Shown: piece by piece, positions 20,523 through 28,867 of the stretch
Numbering within the stretch: position 1 is the stretch's first letter
Layout: every line of letters begins with the position of its first letter
Source of the DNA: a virus
Lineage: Duplodnaviria > Caudoviricetes
Virus record (IMG/VR): IMGVR_UViG_3300025000_000102
Location: 1-62,071 of that record
DNA: 62,071 bases
Direction: 5' to 3' (one strand)
Notes under the pieces: generated by a model
The model's input: only the letters and a program-made list of their open reading frames with translations
The model's database searches: none
What the model was told of the DNA's origin: nothing
Made by a program: the position numbers and the translations under genes

Positions 20523-20735
20523 TTATTCATCCCTCAGGCTTTTGACAAAGCCCTTCACTTTGTCAAACTCCTCCTCGTTGAGCCATATGGATCTTTGTTT
20601 ACGTCCCGTAGTCTTGCGTCCTGATCCTTCGCGCTTGCCTCCGTGCAGGGAGTTGCTTTGGCAATCTCTGCCGTAATTAACGAGGGAGCAAGTGGCGCAA
20701 TCTCCCTCGTTTTGCGTGCAGTAGTCTTTTACCAT
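20523..20735 (-). CDS. Cys-rich protein with GGxRxGxGRK and RHH-like C-terminus; probable operon regulator
   Basis: CX6CX2C...C then GGKREGSGRK and SIWLNEEEFDKVK. Confidence 0.6.
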   Translation of the reverse strand: MVKDYCTQNEGDCATCSLVNYGRDCQSNSLHGGKREGSGRKTTGRKQRSIWLNEEEFDKVKGFVKSLRDE

Positions 20736-20941
20736 ACTACTGCCTCCATTGCTTCCTTAAAGATTGGATCCACCGCTAGGATAACCTCATCAAATGTCTC
20801 GTGGTGCATGGTTACCTCGTATACTGTGACATCATGCCCGGCACGACCTGTTGACTCAAGACGTTCGCGCCAGTCAGCTCCGCAGACAATTTTATCCTCC
20901 TTGGTAATAGTCATGTTTTTGTGAGTCCTAATTTCTTTCAT
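20729..20941 (-). CDS. Small acidic hypothetical protein
   Basis: RBS within the conserved hairpin motif; overlaps next gene. Confidence 0.6.
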   Translation of the reverse strand: MKEIRTHKNMTITKEDKIVCGADWRERLESTGRAGHDVTVYEVTMHHETFDEVILAVDPIFKEAMEAVVW

Positions 20942-20949
20942 TCCAAAAC

Positions 20950-20992
20950 TTCCTTTCGTTTGCCGAGTATCGGCTCCCGGCTGGCCTTTGGA
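20950..20992 (-). repeat. Conserved intergenic hairpin+RBS motif, copy A
   Basis: Reverse complement CCAAAGGCCAGCCGGGAGCCGATACTCGGCAAACGAAAGGAA matches copies at 57459 and 57713. Confidence 0.8.
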
Positions 20993-20995
20993 TAA

Positions 20996-21436
20996 TTAGT
21001 ATGACATTGCTTCCTTAACTGAGTCGTAGTGCCTTTGATATCTCTGCTCCGCTTTTACTGATTTAGCAAACATTTCGTCCTTAACAGCCATAATCTCGGA
21101 GTACATATTTTCGGGTACTGGTACCAATGCTTGTTTGCTATTTAAAGTTAATTGTAGGTAGTGAACACCTTTGTGAGTCGTAAACATACTATTGTGCTCC
21201 GTTCCGTTTATGATCAGTTTCTCAATTTTAGCGTCTGCGGATACTGTTAATTCAACGTCCGCCCCTTTGGCGGTTGACCAAGCGTATGTCTTCATTGTCT
21301 TCGCTCCCTTTTTAGCGATTGCCCACAATGTCCGAAGCGCGAGAGCCAATCGAGCCACATAATCACCAACCATCTTACGTGCCATCTTGTGGGCCTCAAC
21401 CATCATTTCTCTCTTGTTCATTTTAATCTTCGTCAT
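20996..21436 (-). CDS. Hypothetical protein, first gene of strong-promoter operon
   Basis: ATG 21436 with AAGGGG RBS downstream of consensus promoter. Confidence 0.65.
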   Translation of the reverse strand: MTKIKMNKREMMVEAHKMARKMVGDYVARLALALRTLWAIAKKGAKTMKTYAWSTAKGADVELTVSADAKIEKLIINGTEHNSMFTTHKGVHYLQLTLNSKQALVPVPENMYSEIMAVKDEMFAKSVKAEQRYQRHYDSVKEAMSY

Positions 21437-21467
21437 TGTGCGCAACCCCTTTCTTTATCTTGATATA

Positions 21468-21512
21468 ATTATACTGCTTTTCAAGATGAAAGTCAATACT
21501 GCTTTTCAAGAT
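21468..21512 (-). promoter_or_regulatory. Sigma-A promoter overlapped by 17-bp direct-repeat operator
   Basis: TTGACT-17-TATAAT on minus strand; ATACTGCTTTTCAAGAT at 21471-21487 and 21496-21512. Confidence 0.8.
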
Positions 21513-21579
21513 TTTCATAATTATCTACATAAAAAAATCCCCGACTTTCGCCAGGGGACCTTTAGTACTCGCACTATAT

Positions 21580-21966
21580 CTATTTCAGCCCCATTTGAGC
21601 CTTGTTCATAAGCTTGTTGCCCTGGAACATCACGTTCGCGTTAGCTCCCAAGCTACCCTCGCCCTTATACGTATACATTACTGTGTGAGCATCTTCACCG
21701 GGAGACCCTGATTCAGACATAACTTCGCCTGGTCCTCCGATAATCTTAGTTGCCTCCTCGTATGTCATGCCGGATTTAAGTTGATCAAATTCAGCTTTTG
21801 TCATGGTTTGCTTGTTGGTTACTGGCGCAGGTTTAGGAGCAGGGGCAGACGCAGGGGTAGTCGTCGATGAGGTTGGCGATGGTGTCTCCTTTTTCGGTTC
21901 GGTAGATCCGCATCCTACCAGTGTGAATATAAGTCCAATGGATAATAGGTAAGCTAGTTTTTTCAT
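21580..21966 (-). CDS. Lipoprotein (DUF3862/BLIP-like), possible superinfection exclusion
   Basis: Lipobox LVGC, Pro/Thr linker, EFDQLKSGMTYEE...IIGGPG...NANVMFQ..KL..KAQ. Confidence 0.75.
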   Translation of the reverse strand: MKKLAYLLSIGLIFTLVGCGSTEPKKETPSPTSSTTTPASAPAPKPAPVTNKQTMTKAEFDQLKSGMTYEEATKIIGGPGEVMSESGSPGEDAHTVMYTYKGEGSLGANANVMFQGNKLMNKAQMGLK

Positions 21967-21984
21967 TGAGTTAACCTTCTTCCT

Positions 21985-22293
21985 TTAATTTGTTAACGCT
22001 TTTACTTTTGCGGCTATCGAATGGGACAGCTGCTCGTTATACCTATCGACGCGTCCCGTAATCAAGAAAAGCTCAATAAATGCGACTATTGAAGGGATAA
22101 AAGTCCAAACGAAAACAGTGTATAAAATTCCTAGTCCAATCCTACCCATGTAATAGTGATGTGCCCCTAGCCCTCCTAGGAATAGAGTGAGTAATAGGGC
22201 AGTGGTTCTGTTCTTCCTTACTTTGGCTGTCTCAGACTGGAACATCATGCGTTGGGAGTTGGTCATGTCGCTCTGAAGCATCAAATCATCCAA
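21985..22293 (-). CDS. TM2-domain membrane protein
   Basis: KNRTTALLL.LFLGGLGAHHYY.G...GILY..F.WT.IP. Confidence 0.85.
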   Translation of the reverse strand: MDDLMLQSDMTNSQRMMFQSETAKVRKNRTTALLLTLFLGGLGAHHYYMGRIGLGILYTVFVWTFIPSIVAFIELFLITGRVDRYNEQLSHSIAAKVKALTN

Positions 22294-22552
22294 TATCGAT
22301 CCCTTCCTTTCAAATATAATAATTTCAGCTTAGTATGGGATTTTCCTGCAACTCGACAGGATTAATGGTTTTGCGATAAGTTTTGCAATGATCGTTAACT
22401 TGGTCGTTGACTTGATCGTTACCTTAGTCGCTCAAACGACCACTGTACAAGCTAAAAACCGCATAAATCAAGCAAATATTTTCGGAAAGAGAGGGTAAGG
22501 GGGAGAGGATTAAAGGATTCCAAAGGGACAAGGAGTGGGGATGGGGGAGATT

Positions 22553-23134
22553 TTAAAAATAATTCGCGGGATCGACGCTTGTGCCGTTTTTCCTTATCTC
22601 AAAATGGAGGTGCGGTCCAGTTGAGTTACCAGTATTTCCACATGCCCCAATCTTAGTCCCCGCAATCACCTGGTAGCCAATCTTTACATACAATCCGCTT
22701 AGATGACCATAAAGGGATTCCATTCCCCCTCCGTGATCAACGACGATCATGTTTCCGTAGACATCACTCCATCCTACATTAACAACTTCCCCCTTCCTCG
22801 CAGCTCCCACAGGTGTTCCCTCGGGTGCTGCTATATCCATGCCGTGATGATCGTTTCTCTTAAATTCCTGAGACACAGTCCCTTTCATCGGCATCGTCCA
22901 TCCGCCTTGGCCAATACCTGCCACCCTGTTCGCTGTGTCCTGCAGGGAATCAACTCGCGCAGACCATCTCTCGATCACCGGGGTCAAATTCTGCATGGTA
23001 GTTAATAATACCAACATAGCAGCAACCATAATAACTAAGTTGGCGATCTGCTTGCGCTCAACCCCAATAAGAATAGAATACCCAACGAACGAAACAACGG
23101 CAATAAGTAGGAGATCGGCAATCCACTTTGCCAT
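22553..23134 (-). CDS. M23 (LytM) peptidase with SpoIIIAC/AD-like N-terminal 2-TM hairpin
   Basis: HHGMDIA, YGHLS, GNSTGPHLHFE zinc motifs; two N-terminal TM helices. Confidence 0.85.
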   Translation of the reverse strand: MAKWIADLLLIAVVSFVGYSILIGVERKQIANLVIMVAAMLVLLTTMQNLTPVIERWSARVDSLQDTANRVAGIGQGGWTMPMKGTVSQEFKRNDHHGMDIAAPEGTPVGAARKGEVVNVGWSDVYGNMIVVDHGGGMESLYGHLSGLYVKIGYQVIAGTKIGACGNTGNSTGPHLHFEIRKNGTSVDPANYF

Positions 23135-23137
23135 AAT

Positions 23138-23374
23138 TCACATCTTCCCAACGGTGAAGTCGAAAAACTTCGTAAGTAATTGCCAAGCTACCGATATAAC
23201 ACACAGGATAGCTGCAATCGTTGTCGCCGTTTTGATCATGGCTGAAATATGGCCCTTACCAATTGCGCCAGTGATCATCTCTGCAAGCCAAGATCCAACT
23301 CCCAGCATGACGAGGATTAAAATAACGAATCCTGGGGAACTAGGCCCGAATGCTGCGCCGGCTGCTGTTACCAT
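23138..23374 (-). CDS. Small 2-TM protein, SpoIIIAC/AD-like
   Basis: 78 aa; helix-GK-helix pattern resembling SpoIIIAC; AAGGAGG RBS. Confidence 0.55.
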   Translation of the reverse strand: MVTAAGAAFGPSSPGFVILILVMLGVGSWLAEMITGAIGKGHISAMIKTATTIAAILCVISVAWQLLTKFFDFTVGKM

Positions 23375-24017
23375 TTAGACATTCCTCCTTTATTCGTTGC
23401 AGGCTAAACACTTGAAACTCAAGGTTGTTGACGTTTTCCTTGGCGATCTTCTTCTGGATGGCATCGATTCTCCCTGTAGTCACAACACGGATCACAGGGA
23501 ATCGCTTAGTCAGTGGAACCCACCACATTTTCAGATACTCTCCAGATGCGTAGAACTCGTTGTAACGCCTGACCTTTTCGCCGAAATCGTGACCTGATTC
23601 CGCTATGTCAAACTCGGCGTAGAAAAACGAGAATGAGCTAGACCAAGTATTCTTGACACATATGAGGGCATCAGGCCTAAGGGTTTTATAAACCACTTCA
23701 CGCTCAAAACTGTGTAGGACCATTGCCGTAGAGAGCGAGGAGTTTACCCACGTATAAATCCACGAGACTCCCAAAACGTGCTCCAATTGACCTGGTTTCT
23801 TGTTGGCATAGTAATAGTATGGTTCGTCGATTGAGAGCCTTGAACGCTTTATTCTGCCTGTCTCTGTGAGTTTTTTTAATCTGCGCTGAACGATGCGAAG
23901 ACAAGTATCGTGGAATAACAGGAGTTTAATTTGATCGGTATTTAACGCGCTTTGAGTCTCCAATAGCCTGAATAACTCCTTATCGCGGTGGGAGCATTTT
24001 GCGTGATTGCTCAACAA
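23340..24017 (-). CDS. Replication-relaxation (Replic_Relax) family protein
   Basis: N-terminal winged helix (LNTDQI...RRLKKL), EH.L, RPDAL, FYAEFD...K...Y; downstream of FtsK. Confidence 0.75.
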   Translation of the reverse strand: MLSNHAKCSHRDKELFRLLETQSALNTDQIKLLLFHDTCLRIVQRRLKKLTETGRIKRSRLSIDEPYYYYANKKPGQLEHVLGVSWIYTWVNSSLSTAMVLHSFEREVVYKTLRPDALICVKNTWSSSFSFFYAEFDIAESGHDFGEKVRRYNEFYASGEYLKMWWVPLTKRFPVIRVVTTGRIDAIQKKIAKENVNNLEFQVFSLQRIKEECLNGNSSRRSIRA

Positions 24018-25107
24018 GGTTCATCACCTCGACTCGGTCAATATCTCTGAGTAATTTCCTAGCCTGTTTAATAGGTAGGTACATACCCTGCGTCTCAAGT
24101 TCGTTATCCCATTGATAGATTCCCCTGCCCGGGATAGAAGGGATGAGCGCGGCGTTTTCGTTATCTAGGAGCATCCTAGAGTTGATACCATCTCGGACGT
24201 GAAAACACATAGTGCCCGCGAACATCGCCTTACTGTCTCCGAACGCCTTCATCATGGTGCTGGAAGGCCTTTGAGTAGCGCATACTACACAGATTCCAGC
24301 GGCTCTACCGAGGCGTAGGATGCGATTTAAGGACGTTTGGCATTCCTCGTCGTGCATTTCTGCCAACTCATCAATTACGATCACTAGGAAGGGCATTTCG
24401 TGCCCCTGTTCGATATAATCTTGGATCTTAACGCATCCCTTAGATTCTAAGATATTTAGTCTTTTGTCGAGGTCTTTATTGATCGCATCGAATACGATGG
24501 GGGCTTTATCCTGATCTGTTACGAGCAGTACATGGTCCTTGAGGTATGAGTATTCTAGACGTTTAAAGTCGAAAACAACAGTACGAATCTCAGTTTTCTT
24601 ATTCAGTAATAACCCCATGATTAATCCGTGGATAAAATTACTCTTCCCGGCTCCCGGATGTCCGGCAATGATAAGATTCGGCATATCCGCAAGATCCTTG
24701 ACGACTTCCCCAATAGCTGAATGACCGAAGTGGATCGGGAGATATCCCTTGTGCTGAGATGGATCGAAAGAGTATGGGTATTCGCGCTTAATCTCCGTTG
24801 TTGACGCTTGCATAGTGATCACCTTACCTCTCTTCTCGACTTGCACTGTGCCACCCATGGCATCGGCAAAGAGTTGTTCCTTAGCCTTAAACTCCTTATA
24901 TCCGAGTCCTGGACCGAGGGATAGGATGAATCGGTAGGCTTCGCCTGTGAGTTTGATTTTCTTCAGGATCTTTGGCTTGGGATCTTTCGGCCATATCGCG
25001 TCGATAACGTCTTGTACTGCTGCATGGGCATCATTTCCTTTGCGATGCAGGAATAGGTATTTTAGTTGGTCGCGGACTTCTTCGATGACGTTTTGCTTTG
25101 CGGGCAT
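23980..25107 (-). CDS. FtsK/SpoIIIE-family ATPase (no TM domain)
   Basis: Walker A AGHPGAGKS, FDFK, Walker B IVIDELAE, GRAAGI..V.ATQRPS, IPGRG. Confidence 0.92.
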   Translation of the reverse strand: MPAKQNVIEEVRDQLKYLFLHRKGNDAHAAVQDVIDAIWPKDPKPKILKKIKLTGEAYRFILSLGPGLGYKEFKAKEQLFADAMGGTVQVEKRGKVITMQASTTEIKREYPYSFDPSQHKGYLPIHFGHSAIGEVVKDLADMPNLIIAGHPGAGKSNFIHGLIMGLLLNKKTEIRTVVFDFKRLEYSYLKDHVLLVTDQDKAPIVFDAINKDLDKRLNILESKGCVKIQDYIEQGHEMPFLVIVIDELAEMHDEECQTSLNRILRLGRAAGICVVCATQRPSSTMMKAFGDSKAMFAGTMCFHVRDGINSRMLLDNENAALIPSIPGRGIYQWDNELETQGMYLPIKQARKLLRDIDRVEVMNLVEQSRKMLPPR

Positions 25108-25111
25108 TGGT

Positions 25112-25357
25112 TCATCCTCCTTTCATGTCCTGCATCAACTCTCGAGCTATGAGTCGCGCATCGGCTGGGGTGATGGTCTGTGGCCTGCTGATGATGCCAT
25201 TGGTTCCCAACGCACCCATCTCAACCAACTTCAGCCGAACCCCATCCCGGACCATATCAGCCATTTCTCCTTCCTCAAGTTTTAAGTCGCGTACGGCTTG
25301 CTTAATGTCTTTGTCTCGCTTACGTAGTCTTGCCTTAAGGATTGTTATGTCGCTCAT
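25112..25357 (-). CDS. Small RHH-like protein heading FtsK operon
   Basis: AGGAGG RBS; beta-alpha-alpha pattern (ILKARLR...MADMVRDGVR). Confidence 0.55.
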   Translation of the reverse strand: MSDITILKARLRKRDKDIKQAVRDLKLEEGEMADMVRDGVRLKLVEMGALGTNGIISRPQTITPADARLIARELMQDMKGG

Positions 25358-25499
25358 GTGTGTACCTCCTGTGCTACATGTGTAATCTGTTGTGACTCAA
25401 GAGGGTTCTGCCTGTGTCACAAATTACCTGTTGTATATATATTTGCGATTACGGATAATATTCGTAAACACAGATCAAAATAACAAAAAAAGTTCCCCC

Positions 25500-25688
25500 T
25501 TAGTAGGGGAACAAATAGTCCATTGTTTTTCCAAGGGCTTTGGCTAATCGTTGTGCTACAGGAATCGAAAGATTAGGTTTGAGATCATTTTCTATCAGAC
25601 TAATTTCAGCCTGTCTTACCTTTGTTATTTTTGAGAGTTCACGCTGGGTAAGGCCTCTTTGTAGTCTAACTTCTCGAACTCTATTCAT
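25500..25688 (-). CDS. XRE-family HTH regulator
   Basis: NRVREVR..RGLTQRELS...ISLIEN...LAKALG. Confidence 0.88.
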   Translation of the reverse strand: MNRVREVRLQRGLTQRELSKITKVRQAEISLIENDLKPNLSIPVAQRLAKALGKTMDYLFPY

Positions 25689-25708
25689 ATTATCACCACA
25701 GGTAAATT

Positions 25709-25736
25709 ATTCCACATCGGTGTTTAGTTTTCCTTC
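25709..25736 (-). promoter_or_regulatory. Sigma-H-type promoter
   Basis: GAAGGAAAA-12-GTGGAAT on minus strand matches RNAGGAWWW-N11/12-RNNGAAT. Confidence 0.6.
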
Positions 25737-25749
25737 ATGGATTCAACTT

Positions 25750-25950
25750 TTAATACGGCCAAAGGAAATCCATACTTTTGCCCAAGGCTTTAGCAATTTT
25801 CTGAGCGGTTGTAATCTGGACGTTCCTTTGGCCGCTTATGATTTCACTAAGATATGATTGCTTAATGCCAGTAAGTTTATGTAGATCATCTTGCGTAATG
25901 CGCTTTAGCCACATAACTTCTTGAATCCTATTTTTTAACAACTTCATCAC
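25750..25950 (-). CDS. XRE-family HTH regulator (paralog of 25500-25688)
   Basis: ITQDDL...GIKQSYLSEI...IAKALGKSMDFLWPY. Confidence 0.85.
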   Translation of the reverse strand: MMKLLKNRIQEVMWLKRITQDDLHKLTGIKQSYLSEIISGQRNVQITTAQKIAKALGKSMDFLWPY

Positions 25951-25961
25951 CGAAGAGAACT

Positions 25962-25988
25962 ATTCTCTTCTAAAGGGGCGTTTCCTTC
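25962..25988 (-). promoter_or_regulatory. Sigma-H-type promoter
   Basis: GAAGGAAAC-11-AGAGAAT on minus strand. Confidence 0.55.
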
Positions 25989-26138
25989 GGAATGCGAATA
26001 ATATAAGACATATCTGATATAATCGACACATGTTGTCGTATGAAGTCGCAGAACAGCGAGAGGCGTTACATTTTTTCTTGTTAAAGTAAACAAGTTCGAC
26101 TCACGAAAAGTTATATACTTAAGGAGCCTAAGTCTTAA

Positions 26139-26354
26139 ATGTATGACAGCATGGAAATGGGCAGAAATATAGCGAACTATCGTAAAATGAAAAGATTGAC
26201 GCAGTTAGAATTAGCCAAGGCTATCGGGATGAGCAGGGGGCACATAGTTGCAATTGAGAGAGGAAGAAGGATACCTAGAATTAAGACATTAGCTAGGATA
26301 GCGGAATGCCTTGAAGTGGAATTGGAAGTACTTTTAAGAGAGGGGTTGAAATAA
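26139..26354 (+). CDS. XRE-family HTH regulator
   Basis: LTQLELAKAIGMSRGHIVAIERG...P....L..IA..L.V. Confidence 0.88.
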   Translation: MYDSMEMGRNIANYRKMKRLTQLELAKAIGMSRGHIVAIERGRRIPRIKTLARIAECLEVELEVLLREGLK

Positions 26355-26383
26355 TTAATTGCCTTCGACAAAATACCCCTTGA

Positions 26384-26397
26384 TGAACACATGTTCC
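26384..26397. promoter_or_regulatory. LexA (SOS/Cheo) box
   Basis: GAAC-ACAT-GTTC upstream of ORF 26445. Confidence 0.6.
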
Positions 26398-26444
26398 ATG
26401 CGTTCTAATAAAAAGAGATTAAACGTTCTTGAGGGGGATGTATT

Positions 26445-26723
26445 TTGGGAGCAAAAACGAAGACTAGCGAGGATCAGTTCGAGAATGAATTTTTAGATGA
26501 GGCTAACATTTTGGTCGAGGTTAAGGTCAGCGATGATGAAGGTGAGACTTGGCATAGGCGTAAAATCAGTATGATCCTAGGATTGGATGAGTCAGGCCTT
26601 AATGCGGGAGAATTGTTTCAGTTCAACGGCGAGAGATATAGGGTATTGGTCGGGGAAGATGGATTGATAGCCGAGCCACTAAAAACTCCGACTGAGAAAA
26701 AATCGAAACAAAGTAGGAAATAA
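26445..26723 (+). CDS. Hypothetical protein, possibly SOS-regulated
   Basis: GAGGGGG RBS, TTG start, upstream LexA box. Confidence 0.55.
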   Translation: MGAKTKTSEDQFENEFLDEANILVEVKVSDDEGETWHRRKISMILGLDESGLNAGELFQFNGERYRVLVGEDGLIAEPLKTPTEKKSKQSRK

Positions 26724-26861
26724 ACAAGGAAGCCCGATCTAACCCCAGCAAGAGTTCTCGGACTTCCTTACTAAAAACACACTTCCGAAGAAGGGTTCTT
26801 ACGCTTTGATTATATCCATTATTAACCTTCTTTGACAAGTGGAATTTAAGGAGGAAAATTG

Positions 26862-27101
26862 ATGGCAAAAATTGAAGAACATATTTTAGTGCATATTCAT
26901 GAAGATGCTTTAAATAATGAAGGGCTTAGGATAAAGTTTTCCACGGATATAACTAATTTATGGCGGGTCAAGGGATGGGACGATAACCAACTTTTAAACT
27001 ATATTTTTCAACGATTTGAGAGACCTTTAGAGTTGTTAAGCTTAGCTGAACTCAATGTAACAAAAGACGAAATAGTATTATTAATCAAATCAAACTATTA
27101 A
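26862..27101 (+). CDS. Hypothetical protein
   Basis: AAGGAGG RBS, AT-rich ORF convergent with integrase. Confidence 0.55.
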   Translation: MAKIEEHILVHIHEDALNNEGLRIKFSTDITNLWRVKGWDDNQLLNYIFQRFERPLELLSLAELNVTKDEIVLLIKSNY

Positions 27102-27128
27102 CCCGTAATCATCGTCAATGCTTTCCTT

Positions 27129-28847
27129 CTATATAATAGGGTCTGTATCAGTAGTGCTTAATCTCGGCAATCTCCACGCTGGAAGCGCTTCCTTCTTAAT
27201 ATAAACCATTCCTAAGTTATAAACTGCACGCTTGTCCGTGTGGATCACAACTTGGGAGAAAGTATACTCGATTGAAACAGTTGCGGATGGGCCTGTACCA
27301 ACGGACGACGTGTTTACGACAACCCTTCGAACGAGCATCTTGACAATGTCTCGCTTTTCTTCCCAAGGTATATCATCGTGGATTCTCAAGCGCAACTGAT
27401 TAAGCAACTCCGTGATCCCAATAAACTTATCTTCCATAACTTCTTCTGTTTGTATATTTTGGCTCAATTCCGTAAAACGATTTGCCAACTGCATCGCTTC
27501 GTCGGCGATCTTTTTTAATTGTTGCTCTACGTCGACAGAGTTAATAAGGTTTTTCCTAAAGAGATCGAGAATGGAATGTTTCTCGGTCTCTTTTTGTTTC
27601 AGAGCCTTGCTTATAATTTCTTTCTCATCGGAAAATTGATCAAGATTAGACTTGCTTTTCACGGAATCCTTTTTTAAGGTTTCCAATACTTCCTCTGGAT
27701 CATTCACGAAACGAATGATATCGGACCAAACAAGATTCTCAACCCAATCCTGTGGAATATTCTTAGATTTACACTTACCCATATCTGGGCCATTGTAGGC
27801 GAGTTTTCCGTTGCAAACATAATACCCTTTGAGCACTCCTCCAGGTCCATTGTAAAATGTTCCGCAGTAATTTAGTCCACAGGAGCCACATTTAACTAGA
27901 CTACGAAGCAGGTATTTACGTTTGGCATTCCTCATTGCTCCAATCTGGTTTTCGTGGAGAACTTCTTGGGCCCGTTCCCAAACGTCGACGTCGACAATCG
28001 AAGGAAACTTACGAGAAATAATTTCGCGTTGTTTCTTGGACCTTCTACCGTATTCGTGGATTCCTTTATAAGTCGTGTTGACGATCATCCCACGAACTCG
28101 TCCAGGCCTCCAAATTCCGGCGGTATTTTCTTTACGCTTACCCTTATCTATCTGACGGCCATCCTTGGTGTAAGAAGGCGGTACACCCAAAGAATTAAGA
28201 TAGTCTGCAATCTTCTTCGTGCTCATATGTTCTTCAACTGTGAGCCGATAAACCATGCTAACAACTTCTACCTCAGACATATAAAATCCCCTCATGGGTT
28301 CGATTGAGGGAATAAGATATGCATCTTCTTTTAGGTACCCAAACGGAACAATTCCGCCTAGCCATTTTCCTTCACGCGCAGCGCGGTTTGCTCCGTTCCA
28401 TAAGCGATCAAGGGTCGAAGAACGGTCTAGGTCAGCCACCCCAGCTAGGATAGTGACAAGGAACCTACCGCTCGGATCGCCGGTATCGAAAGGCTCTGTC
28501 AAACTACGCAACTTAACTCCGCACTCCTCTAGCTCATGAATCGCGTTTAGGATAACCCTTGCAGTTCTCCCTAATCGATCGAGTCGATAAATGAGAACAA
28601 GATTAAACTTACCCATTTTTGCATCTTCAATGAGCCTAAGTCCACTTTCACGATCTTCGAGGGGGATTGTACCTGTTACGCCATCATCAAGATACCATTC
28701 ATTAATTGTTAATTCGTGTAAGTCACAATACTTAGTACCGAATTCGATTTGATTTTGTATTGTGCCCCTTTCGGCTTGATCCTCGGAAGACACCCGGCCA
28801 TAGCCGACTGCTTTTGATTCAAGTTTTTGATCATTAAAATTAAACAT
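27129..28847 (-). CDS. int: Large serine recombinase (integrase)
   Basis: YGRVSS catalytic Ser, YRLDRLGR, GGIVPFGY recombinase domain, zinc ribbon KCGSCG...YYVC, coiled coil. Confidence 0.95.
   Translation of the reverse strand: MFNFNDQKLESKAVGYGRVSSEDQAERGTIQNQIEFGTKYCDLHELTINEWYLDDGVTGTIPLEDRESGLRLIEDAKMGKFNLVLIYRLDRLGRTARVILNAIHELEECGVKLRSLTEPFDTGDPSGRFLVTILAGVADLDRSSTLDRLWNGANRAAREGKWLGGIVPFGYLKEDAYLIPSIEPMRGFYMSEVEVVSMVYRLTVEEHMSTKKIADYLNSLGVPPSYTKDGRQIDKGKRKENTAGIWRPGRVRGMIVNTTYKGIHEYGRRSKKQREIISRKFPSIVDVDVWERAQEVLHENQIGAMRNAKRKYLLRSLVKCGSCGLNYCGTFYNGPGGVLKGYYVCNGKLAYNGPDMGKCKSKNIPQDWVENLVWSDIIRFVNDPEEVLETLKKDSVKSKSNLDQFSDEKEIISKALKQKETEKHSILDLFRKNLINSVDVEQQLKKIADEAMQLANRFTELSQNIQTEEVMEDKFIGITELLNQLRLRIHDDIPWEEKRDIVKMLVRRVVVNTSSVGTGPSATVSIEYTFSQVVIHTDKRAVYNLGMVYIKKEALPAWRLPRLSTTDTDPII
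27209..27258. other. Putative attP (imperfect 22-bp inverted repeat around CTTGTC) inside integrase 3' end
   Basis: TTCCTAAGTTATAAACTGCACG-CTTGTC-CGTGTGGATCACAACTTGGGAG; 15/22 arm positions complementary. Confidence 0.6.
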
Positions 28848-28867
28848 ACTATCCCCTCCTAAAAAAC

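Noticed and set aside
25358-25499. Sigma-E/F promoter for the FtsK operon
   Set aside because: Only loose AT-rich matches; too degenerate to call by eye
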